Source: Octopus bimaculoides
Lineage: Eukaryota
Direction of reading: 5' to 3'
NCBI RefSeq assembly: GCF_001194135.2
Contig: NC_068981.1
Coordinates: forward strand, 13,748,414-13,812,413
Length of the DNA stretch: 64,000 nucleotides
In this document: piece by piece, positions 38,203 to 53,095 of the stretch
How the letters are laid out: the number at the start of each line of letters is the position of its first letter
Numbering within the stretch: the stretch's first letter is position 1
Position numbers and translations under genes: made by a program
Notes under the pieces: model-generated
The model's input: only the letters and a program-made list of their open reading frames with translations
Database searches by the model: none
What the model was told of the DNA's origin: nothing

Positions 38203-39101
38203 CGTAACATCAACAACGATGTAATGCCGACACAGAAAATAGTAAGAATATTTATTACGGCTAGGATATTTTAAACAGTTGTAGCAATAACAATAACAAG
38301 AACAACAAATAATAATGGTAAATGAATAATAACAATAACAAATAATAATAAACAAATGATTAACAATACTAACTTTTTATAAAAAACCGCGTCAAACAAA
38401 TGACTGGTAATGCAGCATTAACGTTAAGATATTACAATATTAGCGAAGAATCAAGAATGTTCATAGCAAAAATAATGTGATACACATATACGAATAACCA
38501 TGTGCTTATATAAGCCTAAGTATCATAGATAGTGACATATTAGAGGTTCGTGTTGTTCTTTCAAGTTTGCTCTTGCTCTGAAACCAAACTGCAAAGGTTA
38601 TAAGTTTTCCGATGATAATATAGCTAGCGTCTAGATCGAAGACACAATCATTCATTCGTGCGAAAGCATTTATCACTGAACAAACCATAAACATTATCTT
38701 GAATCAATGCATCAAAACAGGTAAATTGAAAGATATATATATATATATATATCATATGTATATATATATATATANNNNNNNNNNNNNNNNNNNNNNNNNN
38801 NNNNNNNNNNNNNNNNNNNNNNNNNNNNNNNNNNNNNNNNNNNNNNNNNNNNNNNNNNNNNNNNNNNNNNNNNNNNNNNNNNNNNNNNNNNNNNNNNNNN
38901 NNNNNNNNNNNNNNNNNNNNGTGTAATCTCCATGTCCTTTTATGTAGTATGTTTAGATTTCTTTAAACTCGGCCGAAATTGATTGTCAGTATATAACGGG
39001 AAGACTTCATATAGGTTATTCCATCTGATTATTTGAAATGGTAAGTGACAATTTTATATCGCATGCACGTTTTTGTTTAAATCTAATCTCATCGATCCAT
39101 G

Positions 39102-39132
<31 letters not shown>

Positions 39133-40930
39133 CATGGATGTATATGCATGCATAATATTTCCCAACTATACCTGTTTTCATATTCCATTCTGAAAAGCAA
39201 ATAGGTGTAAATATGCGTTTTCACTTGGAATTGTGATTTTGATTTTTGTATTCTTTCCTAAATCAGACCAGATGTTTGATACTCAAAGGCACGTTTCAAA
39301 ATGTAATTTGCAGCAAGAAAATCATTCCTGTTTACAAACCACTCTGTTCCTTCTTTCATTCATCTGCCTGATATCACATAACAGGTGCCTGAAAGAATAT
39401 TTACGGTACAACGAGCTTTCAATCATTTCACCAAGATCAGAGAGCGCATAAGTTGCTTGGCGATTTACCTCCATTTGCAACTAACTAGCTAAAAAAAAAA
39501 AAGGGAAAATTTTCGAAAAAAAATGTCCTTAAACTAATCTTTCCGACTAATTGAATTGTTGCGTATTGACTAAAGCGAAATCTGTAACATAAGTGAAATG
39601 ATAATCGCATCAAGAACGTACCGCAAGGTTGAAACAAATGATTCTGCAAGAATGGGTTCCCTTTAGCATCAGTTGCTATGGCAAAGACATTTTAGAAAAG
39701 CCTCCGTTTGCAAACTTACTGATAAGGAAACTACTCTGATGAAGAAATAAACTACAAAATATATTTAAACCTTTTTGCAATTTATATATTTGGAAAAGGA
39801 TGACTCTTAAATTCAACCACACTCACCTTCATATTCAAACAATAGTGTTCATAGAGGAGCACCGACATGAATATTATACATATTTGCTTGAATATAGGTA
39901 TATGCAAATGGTGTATAGTGCAAGTAGATGAGATTGGTGAATACTTAATTCAACTGGAAGATTTGCAAATTTTCGGCTTGAATAGGACATGAAGCTATAT
40001 TTCTCAAAGTGAACAGTTCGATTTAATATTGAAATATATGTATCCCGAATGTGTAAATACTGACGTTTAAATTGTTGTTTAAAGTATTTATAGATAATGC
40101 ATGGCAGAAAATAATGAAGATTACATATACCCTCTTTTTTCTTTTCAATATTATGATGAAAACATAAAATAACTTTTAGATTCGGCGTTACTAAACGTTT
40201 TCCAATACAGTTCAATAAAATCATTTTCCTGGTAAAAGTTTACAGACTATATGTAGCAGAAGAACAAGAATAACAAGAATACACTGCGCAAACTGAAGGA
40301 AATACATCGTAGCGCTGAAGCTATTGATAACACTAAATATAAATAATTGTACTTAAGGTGCTATTATTATATTTATTGGCCTGCATTGATACGAAATCAT
40401 TTTCAAATTATAAAATATGTTTGCAGTTATTTACCAGCATGGATATTTCAACTGATAATAAAATTTCCTGAACGCGGCGTATTGGCGTTAGCTTGAAATA
40501 TCTACACTCAAACACATATATATGTATATGTGCGTAGTATAAGATGTATATATCTATAACCTGCAAACAGATTTCAAAATTACTATCTATGTACCGTAAC
40601 AATAAGTTATCGGAGATGTGATGTGAATGGAAAGAAAAACACTTCGAAAGAATAATAACAAAGACGGTATAGAAAAATATTAGAATTACTATAAACGCAG
40701 AGCAATAAGCATCTTAGTAAGTAACGTATACAGAGTTTACTACTAAATATTTGGTTGTAGAAGCTTTCTTTTGTGTGCATTCATGTTGTTTTACCATGAT
40801 TCGAAAAGAATATTTTACAGCACCTGCTGTTTTCCGAAAATGAAAGAAAGGATATTTGCATCAATAAATATTTAAGTGTTAGTTTTATTTAGACATGAAA
40901 CCGATTCTTTGATGTTTCCCAACGAAAACT

Positions 40931-40984
<54 letters not shown>

Positions 40985-42045
40985 NNNNNNNNNNNNNNNN
41001 NNNNNNNNNNNNNNNNNNNNNNNNNNNNNNNNNNNNNNNNNNNNNNNNNNNNNNNNNNNNNNNNNNNNNNNNNNNNNNNNNNNNNNNNNNNNNNNNNNNN
41101 NNNNNNNNNNNNNNNNNNNNNNNNNNNNNNNNNNNNNNNNNNNNNNNNNNNNNNNNNNNNNNNNNNNNNNNNNNNNNNNNNNNNNNNNNNNNNNNNNNNN
41201 NNNNNNNNNNNNNNNNNNNNNNNNNNNNNNNNNNNNNNNNNNNNNNNNNNNNNNNNNNNNNNNNNNNNNNNNNNNNNNNNNNNNNNNNNNNNNNNNNNNN
41301 NNNNNNNNNNNNNNNNNNNNNNNNNNNNNNNNNNNNNNNNNNNNNNNNNNNNNNNNNNNNNNNNNNNNNNNNNNNNNNNNNNNNNNNNNNNNNNNNNNNN
41401 NNNNNNNNNNNNNNNNNNNNNNNNNTATATTATACCCATATATATATAGATGAATATATCGTTTGTATAACGTGCACTGCATGCAAAAATAATTCTTTCT
41501 TTCTCTAATTCATAAGCAGTCTTACTACAGTGGAGATGTATTACTTGAATACATATTACTCGAAAGTGTAATTGTTAAAGGACATTCACTTCCATTCTAC
41601 TTGTGACAAATACCTCTAATATTATAGCGTGCAATTTTCTTCGTACAAAACAATCTATAAAATTTTAATCACCGAAGGACAATATAGGTTTAACACATGA
41701 TAGGAATTAATTTTTTCCAGGGAAATGACTGTCGGTTATCAAGAAACCATCTACGATGCATTGATTCATGTGACAAACCAATGTTTTAACTAACGACTGA
41801 ATTTTCTGCAAAACATACATTTAAAAGTGCATTGTGAGAGCATCTCTCCAGAAAATTTGCACTTGTATTTCATCAGACTTGTGCACTCACACTTACATAT
41901 CCAAATACACGCAGTCACATATTTCTTTTATTCTCATCACAATCGCAACAAGCCGAAGAATTTATATAAAATATTATTTCCACATTTCTTTACTGTAAAT
42001 TCTTGATTCAATAGTGCGATATTAATCGATTTAATTAACATCTGC

Positions 42046-42047
<2 letters not shown>

Positions 42048-42123
<76 letters not shown>
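42048..42123. repeat. (TAA)n microsatellite
   Basis: Direct reading. Confidence 0.97.
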
Positions 42124-42131
<8 letters not shown>

Positions 42132-42359
42132 AAATAAATATTGAAATGTTATCTGAAGAGTAGGAATGATAATAATGCAATTAAAGTAATTTCGTTCCTG
42201 GAAAGAGAATAGATAATTAAACGAGTATCAAACCACGCAAATGAGCGAGAAAACAATATCTGCGCCATTGTGATGTTCGGAAAAAATACATTTTGGCCAC
42301 TCTCCACTTATGTCCCGCCAAACTCTCATTAGGAACACACACACACATCTAAAACACAT

Positions 42360-42645
42360 TTCATATATGCATATGTATGTGTACGTAGCCCATTATACAT
42401 GAATATATATATATATGTATATATATATATACATATGTATGCATGCATATATTCATATATATATATATATATATAATCATATATGCACCTATATATGCAT
42501 ATATATGTGCATATACGTCTATATATATATATATATACACATACATATACACATATATATGCAAATACTTGTGTATATACACATATACTTATATATATAT
42601 ATTGATATTACATATACGTATATATATTTATATATATATGTATAN
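42360..42645. repeat. Cryptic (TA)/(TATG)/(TACA) low-complexity tract
   Basis: Direct reading; runs into an N-gap. Confidence 0.9.
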
Positions 42646-43403
42646 NNNNNNNNNNNNNNNNNNNNNNNNNNNNNNNNNNNNNNNNNNNNNNNNNNNNNNN
42701 NNNNNNNNNNNNNNNNNNNNNNNNNNNNNNNNNNNNNNNNNNNNNNNNNNNNNNNNNNNNNNNNNNNNNNNNNNNNNNNNNNNNNNNNNNNNNNNNNNNN
42801 NNNNNNNNNNNNNNNNNNNNNNNNNNNNNNNTATATATATATATATGCAAATTCGATAATACGTTATAAAATGGATGTACATAGAGACATATATACATAT
42901 GAAATATATGTACATGAATGTATCAGTAATTATATATGCAATAAAAATTATAGGAACATTATACACACTGCAACAAGCTGGGACATATGTTGAGCTTAAA
43001 CACAATCGCGTTATCCAAAAAAAAAAAAAACTAGAAAGGAATAGCAAAAACATTCATCTGCATCAAATAGTTTAGACTATGGAGAAAAACAATGGAAAAC
43101 TAAACATTCATAAATTAGTGTATAATGAAACAATAATAATATTCATTTGCAAACAAGAACATCTATCTTTCAAACAATTAACACTATGTTTTCCTTTTGT
43201 CTTCACAATTAAATATCGTTGGTTCATCAAAGAATTATCCTCATAAAAGAAAAAAAAATACCTATGGCAATATTTGCCATGTAACCGTTGAGGATTTCTC
43301 ACACACTCATATATGTGAAAGCATCAATACACGAATCGACATCGCACAAAAAAAAACTGATCTTCAAGTCTTCATTCAGCATGTATATATATATATAAAT
43401 ATG

Positions 43404-43471
<68 letters not shown>

Positions 43472-44382
43472 CATATATATATATATACAAGTCGTAAAAG
43501 TTTGGTAGAAACAGTGTTATTGAATAATATCCCAGAATTTGATACCTTCATCCATTGACTGTATCGTATGTTGAGTCTTTATAATATTTGATCACCACTT
43601 TCGTTACCAACATCTTCAACGATATTATCAGAATGATGACAGTTCTTTTCTTTGTTTATTTTCTTTATATATTATTTTAATTGCCACTTATTTCTCTCTT
43701 AAGTTTGCAAAGCAACCATCCATATTTGCATATTTTTCACCGTTTACAATGTCTATGAAGGATGATGTTGCCAGCATAGTTTATGTGTAAAAGTTTCATA
43801 ACAACCAGAACAAAGATAATAGAAAAATGCATGAAAAGTCAGTAAAAGAGTTTTAAGTGACAATTTCCAACAATATTTTACTGGATTTGATAATCCGGCA
43901 TAGTTCAGTGATATTGTTTATTTTTATGAAAAGATCGAGTTTATGAAATTTCTTCTTGGATCTTACCTCAAAGAGGTTTGTATATCTTGACAATGAAAAT
44001 CCTTCGTATATCAGTAGTACCTCGTTGATCCATGCTATGGCATCTGTACAGTCGGGTTTTGAATATAATGTCAGTTTTTATTAATAAAATTGTCAAGCAG
44101 TTACACCAGTCATTCAGCCGAAACCTTCCATTCCGTCTCGGTCTCTCTCATCCTCTCTTCGATAACAAATTTTCTGCACTTTATAAAAATGACAATAAGT
44201 GAAAACACAAATGCGATATATTTTTCCATTCTCTAATGTACTTCGTTTTCGATGTGAAATGGATTGGAATTGTAGTTTCAATTTCATGTTCGTATCTTGA
44301 TTATATATAGTATTTTTGTCACTCATTTCAATTACGATTGTAAATTCTAACGCCTAAGCCATTTTATAAACGAACGTAACAG

Positions 44383-44423
<41 letters not shown>

Positions 44424-47400
44424 TATTTCTAGTAAGTAATCATATCAAGAAAGATTATATTAATATTGTCTGATTTATGACTAAAGCACCTCATTTTGCA
44501 CTTTTCCGCAATTATGGTATCAAAAGTGTGCCAACCTCTGCAAATATTTTTTATTGAAAATGTATGAAATCAAGATCCAACTGTTATAAAAAGAAGGTGA
44601 TAAAGGTATTTCTGCTATAGAACCCTATATTTTCAAATTGAATATACTATATTAATTTACATTCATATTTATGAAGGAGTTTATAAAATGAAATTTATAT
44701 TGTTAGATCGATATATTTTGAATATCTACAGTAGTCGACATATACGTATACACCCGTCTACATACACATAGTTTGATTGTGGAATGTGTCAGTTTTTAGA
44801 AATATTAGCTATCTCTCTAAGCATCGACTTAACCATTTAATAAACTAGCTACAAATAAATATATATTACACGATAGAACCTCATTACATATCCTATATTG
44901 AAATAAACCTTACAAATGTGAACAAAAGTAACATATTGTTGAACTAGGAAAGATTTTTTTTTTACTTAGATAATAATTTTAGAAAATTGTTTCTCTATCG
45001 ATTTCATAGGAATCGTGAAGTCTTCTATAAAGTACTTCAATATGTAAAGCATGCTTAGCAGGTGTTAAAAAGTATTTGATTTCAAATCAGAACCTCATTG
45101 ATACGGGAATTGCAGAACTGTTTCTAGGTTTGGAGGCGTTCAATCCCTTTACATAGTCACTGAGGAAGCGACGATACTTTTGGATGAAAGAGAAAACTTC
45201 AAAGGGATCATATGTCTACCTATCCATTTATCAGTCTATCTCCATCTGTACACACATACAAACTATNNNNNNNNNNTATATAAACACACACACACATATT
45301 TTCTTTTACACCGTAAAATAAAGACTGTTCAGAAAGCAGCTTCTGCCATAGTATTCGCGCACGTGATGTAATCCTTACATTTAACTTAAAATGTAATTTC
45401 AAGAGCGTCTCAAATATCACTAAACAATCACAATAAGATTATTGAGACAGTGTTAATGAGAAAGTTAAAATTTCATTCAAGCTAATAATTATCTAAATTA
45501 TTTTATTGCTGTTAAACTAATAACGAAACAAAATATATTTTCTTGCTAAATTAAACCGGTTATTTAATGTGAAATAAAAAGTTCACATATGCATAAATAA
45601 TAAGATAAAAAGCAGAACCATACAGACGTTATAGATGCGCTTGATCATAATTAAATGCCTGATGATGCCACGAATCGCATGTTTTCAACACTTGAATTTA
45701 GGACCGTCAAAAAACACGCGTTTTGAAACATCAACAATGTAAAACATAAATGGAGAGGAAGCGATGTTTACAAAACACTAAACCACATTGCACGTGTATG
45801 CTGAATTAAGACAGGTGTGTGACACTATTTCGTCTTTACACCGCGTAATTATTAACGTATTTTACAGTACTAATCCGATTCACTTGAAAGTTAGCATATT
45901 TGTACATTTGATTTAGTGTTGGTTCATAAGCTAGATTCGAAATATGATCGTAACTTATTTTCTTCCTTAAAAAAAAAAAGTCATTGGATAGAAGAAACAT
46001 ATTACTGGCAAATGTTCGCCTCTGTCCATTTGAAGTTCTTCCTTCCTTTACAAAACGTAGCTGTAGACTATAAAGAGAGAACGCAACAGCAAATGAAGAA
46101 ACAGTTTGTATACTCAACCGACCCCTAAGGAGATGATTATTTATTATATAACATTTCGATGGATTTTATCTATAACTGATTTTATAAGTGTATGCTTGTT
46201 ATTTCAACGTAATAATTTACGATCAAATACTTTTCATAGCATATTAAAAGCAACTGCTCACACTTTATTTTCATAGAAATCAAAGAATAATGTAATGATT
46301 GATTTAATGAATTTCTTCTTTCGATAATGGTATTTTAAAACTTAAGAATTAATACAGATATAAAGGAGATTTCGAACATATTCTTTGCTTTTTGTCAAAT
46401 TCGCGGCAAACATATAATTTACGAATTATGGAATTATTTAAATACCGAACCATTGAATACCGGTTTTGAGAATGATTCCGAAATTTATATATATATATAT
46501 ATATATNNNNNNNNNNNNNNNNNNNNNNNNNNNNNNNNNNNNNNNNNNNNNNNNNNNNNNNNNNNNNNNNNNNNNNNNNNNNNNNNNNNNNNNNNNNNNN
46601 NNNNNNNNNNNNNNNNNNNNNNNNNNNNNNNNNNNNNNNNNNNNNNNNNNNNNNNNNNNNNNNNNNNNNNNNNNNNNNNNNNNNNNNNNNTATATATATA
46701 CACTTCAAGTAATTATTACTATTATAGATCTAGCTAAATAGGTGTTTGGTTGAATTCAATCGTTGAGAGTTTTACTTGTAGCTTATGATAAATATTTTAC
46801 AAAACTGTACCTGTAATTTGGGAATATTCTGATTTCCCTGAAAAAATTACCTTAAAATTTCAAATCAACGTGACGTAGTTTATAGATTGCTTATGAATCA
46901 GTTAACATTAGTATATATTTAATTACTGTTGTCATAAAATGTATGATAAATAATGATAATTTCCATGATTTATATGTAGCATTTGTATCAGTTTCATTAA
47001 TTTCAATATGTTACAATTTTGTAATTTGTGAGATGAGTTTGAACATATTAGCCTCTAGAATATTGATGTAGGTTATCAATGTGGCCAACAATAACAGATA
47101 GTAAGACGAAATAATAAGAAAATGAGACGTTGCAATGGCAAACATTGAAAGAGCCATGCATTTCATGAGCAACAACACAGAAGACGTTGAGTGCAACGAG
47201 ACTTTCTTGTTAATTAGATATATTTAAGGAACCAAATGAAACTAATAATTCACAATGATTATCACAAAGTTGTTGATAATGATTTAAGAGAAACTTAAAC
47301 GATAAAAGTAAACCGAAGTTTATAAACAATATATTTAGTCCTCTGAATAAGACAGCAGTATATAGTCAGAATTAATCAGAGTTGTACACCTTGTATATAT

Positions 47401-47645
47401 GGTTAATTTAGCAGTAGTATATGCAGAGCATGAACACTGCTCATATATAATATAACATTAATATATATATATACATATACATAAATATACACGCATATAT
47501 GAATGTGTGTGTATATATAGTATACTTATTGATATATTTATGAATACGTAATAATGTGTATATTGACAATATACATACACAAACTAATATATATATATAT
47601 ATATATATATGGATATATATCTATATATATATAGATACATATATA

Positions 47646-47680
<35 letters not shown>

Positions 47681-50113
47681 NNNNNNNNNNNNNNNNNNNN
47701 NNNNNNNNNNNNNNNNNNNNNNNNNNNNNNNNNNNNNNNNNNNNNNNNNNNNNNNNNNNNNNNNNNNNNNNNNNNNNNNNNNNNNNNNNNNNNNNNNNNN
47801 NNNNNNNNNNNNNNNNNNNNNNNNNNNNNNNNNNNNNNNNNNNNNNNNNNNNNNNNNNNNNNNNNNNNNNNNNNNNNNNNNNNNNNNNNNNNNNNNNNNN
47901 NNNNNNNNNNNNNNNNNNNNNNNNNNNNNNNNNNNNNNNNNNNNNNNNNNNNNNNNNNNNNNNNNNNNNNNNNNNNNNNNNNNNNNNNNNNNNNNNNNNN
48001 NNNNNNNNNNNNNNNNNNNNNNNNNNNNNNNNNNNNNNNNNNNNNNNNNNNNNNNNNNNNNNNNNNNNNNNNNNNNNNNNNNNNNNNNTATGTAAAATGT
48101 ATGCGTGTGCGTATGTCTGTATGACGATTTTCTTAATGTACATGGTAATAAATGAGTATGTTCCTGATCGTGGCAAGATCACAAGGCTCGAGGAATGATT
48201 AATTAATTGAATAGAATCGCATGTCCTTTCCCACATCAAATGATGATTGAAATATAATTTCAGTATCTAAGGGAATTTTTTTTGAATTTTATTTTATCAT
48301 CGCCATTCGTATCTGATTACTTTTTGACAAAGATCCATATTTATTTTAAAGACAGATCAAAGTTGGCTTTCGTCGACCAAAATGTTTCATCTTAGCATGG
48401 TTAAAAATGTACAAAACAGTAGACCAATGTGTTATTTTACTTAAGCAATTACACTGAATTTTCACATGAAGATTTTTACGTTTACAAACATAAAGGCTTT
48501 AATTTGCCTGGTATATGGACAAACATGAATCTGATATTAAATGAACTATTCTCATGAAACATTAAAGCAAGCATTCCATTAATGGAAACTATTTTCATGA
48601 TATCAACTGTAACGCTAATAATGGCTATTCTTCTATCAACAAATATCCATAATATGATTTGCCTTGTACTAAATAGTTTTCAGCGCATTCAGTACGATGT
48701 TTCTTTCACAGTTACGCACGTAATTTTCGCTATTATATAATATTGTTTACTACCAAAGAAAGAATCTCGCTGTCATGACACAGAAAGAGTAACTTTAGTT
48801 TATTTAGATGTAAACAACTAAGTTTTGTCGACGAAGAACTTTTTAGATTTGTGAGGATCCAATACTCAGATTTAAATATTCGACAAGTATTATGTTCCTC
48901 ATTCTAATATAGTTCCTTCATGAGCAAAATATTTCTAGTAAATTAATTATATTGTGTGTGTTTAAACAATAGTTTCGCTTCTGTATATATTTACATCCAC
49001 CCATCTACCTATGTAGGCGTTACATTAGATACCTGTATCATGATACAATTGCAATTAGAAATGTGTGACTCACAAATTATGTATATGTGCGCGGTATATA
49101 TATCGATATATATATATATANNNNNNNNNNNNNNNNNNNNNNNNNNNNNNNNNNNNNNNNNNNNNNNNNNNNNNNNNNNNNNNNNNNNNNNNNNNNNNNN
49201 NNNNNNNNNNNNNNNNNNNNNNNNNNNNNNNNNNNNNNNNNNNNNNNNNNNNNNNNNNNNNNNNNNNNNNNNNNNNNNNNNNNNNNNNNNNNNNNNNNNN
49301 NNNNNNNNNNNNNNNNNNNNNNNNNNNNNNNNNNNNNNNNNNNNNNNNNNNNNNNNNNNNNNNNNNNNNNNNNNNNNNNNNNNNNNNNNNNNNNNNNNNN
49401 NNNNNNNNNNNNNNNNNNNNNNNNNNNNNNNNNNNNNNNNNNNNNNNNNNNNNNNNNNNNNNNNNNNNNNNNNNNNNNNNNNNNNNNNNNNNNNNNNNNN
49501 NNNNNNNNNNNNNNNNNNNNNNNNNNNNNNNNNNNNNNNNNNNNNNNNNNNNNNNNNNNNNNNNNNNNNNNNNNNNNNNNNNNNNNNNNNNNNNNNNNNN
49601 NNNNNNNNNNNNNNNNNNNNNNNNNNNNNNNNNNNNNNNNNNNNNNNNNNNNNNNNNNNNNNNNNNNNNNNNNNNNNNNNNNNNNNNNNNNNNNNNNNNN
49701 NNNNNNNNNNNNNNNNNNNNNNNNNNNNNNNNNNNNNNNNNNNNNNNNNNNNNNNNNNNNNNNNNNNNNNNNNNNNNNNNNNNNNNNNNNNNNNNNNNNN
49801 NNNNNNNNNNNNNNNNNNNNNNNNNNNNNNNNNNNNNNNNNNNNNNNNNNNNNNNNNNNNNNNNNNNNNNNNNNNNNNNNNNNNNNNNNNNNNNNNNNNN
49901 NNNNNNNNNNNNNNNNNNNNNNNNNNNNNNNNNNNNNNNNNNNNNNNACATATATATATAATATCCGAAACAATGGTTCAATTGGCAGTTTAGTTTTTGG
50001 TTTATATTTTTTGTCGGATTCACACATCAGAGGGGTGGACAGTGGCCTGTCTACTGTCGCGTTTATGTCTCATAGCCTTCGGTTGTGTCTCTGCACAACA
50101 CTCCTAGCTGCTG

Positions 50114-50185
50114 TTATACTTGCGTATGGGAGTTGCCGTCAGCATAAGACTCAAACGCTATCAGTTGTGGAGCAGTGTACGTGAA
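50114..50185 (-). CDS. GRIA: GRIA-like terminal coding exon ending in a class I PDZ-binding motif
   Basis: Strong acceptor ctttctttcttatgtttttag|TTC. Phase 0 translation FTYTAPQLIAFESYADGNSHTQV*, ending in T-x-V-COOH. Confidence 0.85.
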   Translation of the reverse strand, partial: FTYTAPQLIAFESYADGNSHTQV

Positions 50186-50294
50186 CTAAAAACATAAGAA
50201 AGAAAGCAGATAGTTTAGTGAAAATTTAATTTCAAGATTATACGGGAACGAAAGATTTTCAAAATTTAATTATTCTTAAAACCATAAATGTAAT

Positions 50295-50297
<3 letters not shown>

Positions 50298-50375
<78 letters not shown>

Positions 50376-50403
50376 ACACACACATACACACACACGCACA
50401 CAC
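50298..50403. repeat. (CA)n microsatellite in the last GRIA intron
   Basis: Direct reading. Confidence 0.97.
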
Positions 50404-50972
50404 ATATATATATATATATTTCAAATGCGTGAGTAGGATTATATTTGACATCTTGTCTCTGTATCAAATGTCATCGAAACCTTATTGCACAATTATTTCT
50501 GCACTTATTTACAAAAGATTTCTACGGCAAAGATATACATAATATATCATGTGCTAAATTCAGTATCAATTCTTGGTTAACACAATTGAGATGAAGTATT
50601 GGATTATAATTTTAAGGACCACAACGGTCAGTGAGATACGTGCAGAATATTTTACATAACTTTTCTCATCCATATACATTAATGCAGAGTAATATGTACA
50701 TATATAGGTACGCTACGTAAGTGCTGTAACGAATTATTAAGGCTCGAAGGTTATAGCCGTGATGTTAGTTATAGAGCCATTGCAGATTTCCGATATAACA
50801 GATATATAATTGTTAAAGAGGACAACAAACTTTAAGGCAGGGCACACATCTCAAGTCATACACATTATTATTATTGGGAAAAATATTCAGTCTTACAACT
50901 GTTTCTGGGATATGAATTGAAATGTTTGTCGTGCCTTGACGTTTGTTGTCCTCTTTAACAATTATATATATA

Positions 50973-51078
<106 letters not shown>

Positions 51079-52507
51079 GCGTATATGTGTATGCTGGATT
51101 GTAATATCCTAAAATCAAATTTATATATGTATAAACTACTCTCTTCATAATTTACTCACATCACAGTGAATTAGGCTCTGTTTTCTGACGCAATTACGCA
51201 TGTCTGGTATATCCTGTTGATCTTACTCTTTGCCTAGTACATTTATGGATGAGAGTTTAAGTCATTTCTTAGTCAAGAATATGTGTCTGCCTGCATTAAT
51301 TTTATTGTATCTTTTTTCATATTCTTTATCTATTTCAGTTAAATAATATTTTTGGTAAAATTATAATTGGAATACGTTTATTCAAATGAGTTCAATAGCA
51401 TATAATATTCAGCTACCGTGTTTCATTTTTGTGTATGTGCTGTAGATAATAAGGAATAAAATCAAATACCTATTTACAAATTATCTACATTGAATGACAA
51501 ATTTATAAGAACATTTGATCTACTAGCAGATATAAATATATAGGATATATAAAACGCCATTTAATATGTGTACTTCCTTTATGGGTATACAGAAATTCAA
51601 ATGGTTCATTAACATTATAATGGTAAATTTAATGTCTCATTGCTTTATAGCAGCCTAGGTTCAGGGTTTTAATTAAACACATCTGTGAATACAGAAAATC
51701 AAAAACAAACAAAACAAATTCAGTTTACGTTTCGTCTTCACTTTGCTAATACTATTGATAGATATATACGTTTGTGTCGGCAATATCTATTGAAAATATT
51801 TGTATAGATGTAGATATATTATTTAGAGAATTTCAGCAAATATATGTTGCATAAATAATGATTGTACTTGAAACAAAAACATATTTAATAGGTTTCTTGT
51901 TAGAAAATACGAATGAGAAATAATACATTTACTTCATCAATTTTCTGAATCATAATTTCTCAATTCAACAGTTATCAATACACACCTCTGTGAATGTAGC
52001 AGGATAATGCAAACAACAAAATTTATTCGAGTGATTTGAAGTTGCAAATATCGGGAGATCAGAAACAGATTAACATAAATTATATGCAGAATGTTATTTA
52101 AATTTAATTCGTGACTTATATTGGATTTAACAGGAAGTACGACAAAGCAACTACTTATAGACGACTAAACTGGATACAATCGAAAGTGATACTCACGTTA
52201 GCTTAACTGTTGGATAATAGAAACACATACACACTTCTATATAACAATAACTTGTCACGAAAACATTAGTGAAAATGGTGATGGTAAATAACATCAATTT
52301 GGGATCGCCATTAGCAAACGTTGTGTGTGCGGTGTGTGTAAACTAACTTTAAATCTTGCTAAAATCATCAAAGATTTCCTTTTCGAAAGCATATAGTTGC
52401 TCCCACTTATTTATAATATGAACCAGATACAAAGGTGTAAATGTAAACAGTGAACAATGATAAAACACACACACACACACATACATATGTATATGTGTAT
52501 ACTGTAC

Positions 52508-52612
52508 CGTAGAAACAGCTTTTTCAGGCATATAATCGGGGCATAGATGGCCAGGTCCATCTTTGTCACCAGAAATTCCATCGCCTGACTTTCGGCCAGG
52601 AATATATTCACC
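52508..52612 (-). CDS. GRIA: GRIA-like cytoplasmic C-tail exon
   Basis: Acceptor tttcgtttatctttcag|GGT, donor ACG|gtacag (weak), 105 nt, phase 0/0, a GC-rich island in AT-rich intron. Translates GEYIPGRKSGDGISGDKDGPGHLCPDYMPEKAVST, in frame with the flanking exons. Confidence 0.75.
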
Positions 52613-53056
52613 CTGAAAGATAAACGAAAGTCATCTAAAAATGTGTATGAAAAGTGCATAGCGAAAAGTATTAGATTCAGAATTCTATAGTGATGTTGAT
52701 GGTCACATGCACGCTGTAACCAACATTAACATATATATATATATATATAATAATAATGTTAGGGATAAAACATTGGTTCTCTTCTCTCTCTCTCTCTCTA
52801 TATATATATAACACAATCGGCATCCTATAATGAAATGTATGAAATTGACAAGGCTTATTATCCGTACACGCGCATACATATAATGTATTTGTATATTAAA
52901 GTATAGATGCATATGGATACTTATTTGCATGTGTATATATATATATATATATATATNNNNNNNNNNNNNNNNNNNNNNNNNNNNNNNNNNNNNNNNNNNN
53001 NNNNNNNNNNNNNNNNNNNNNNNNNATATATATAAACTTATATGTTTACGTATATA

Positions 53057-53095
<39 letters not shown>

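Noticed and set aside
37960-38355. Poly-Ile and poly-Tyr ORFs; likewise the HTHT/VCVC/YIYI ORFs elsewhere
   Set aside because: Translations of microsatellites.
38068-42123. (TAT)n and (TAA)n as a functional inverted repeat
   Set aside because: Common microsatellites in opposite orientation are expected by chance.
47011-47196. Hydrophobic minus-strand ORF considered as a transmembrane exon
   Set aside because: The real M4 is at 54563-54694; no splice signals or family motif here.
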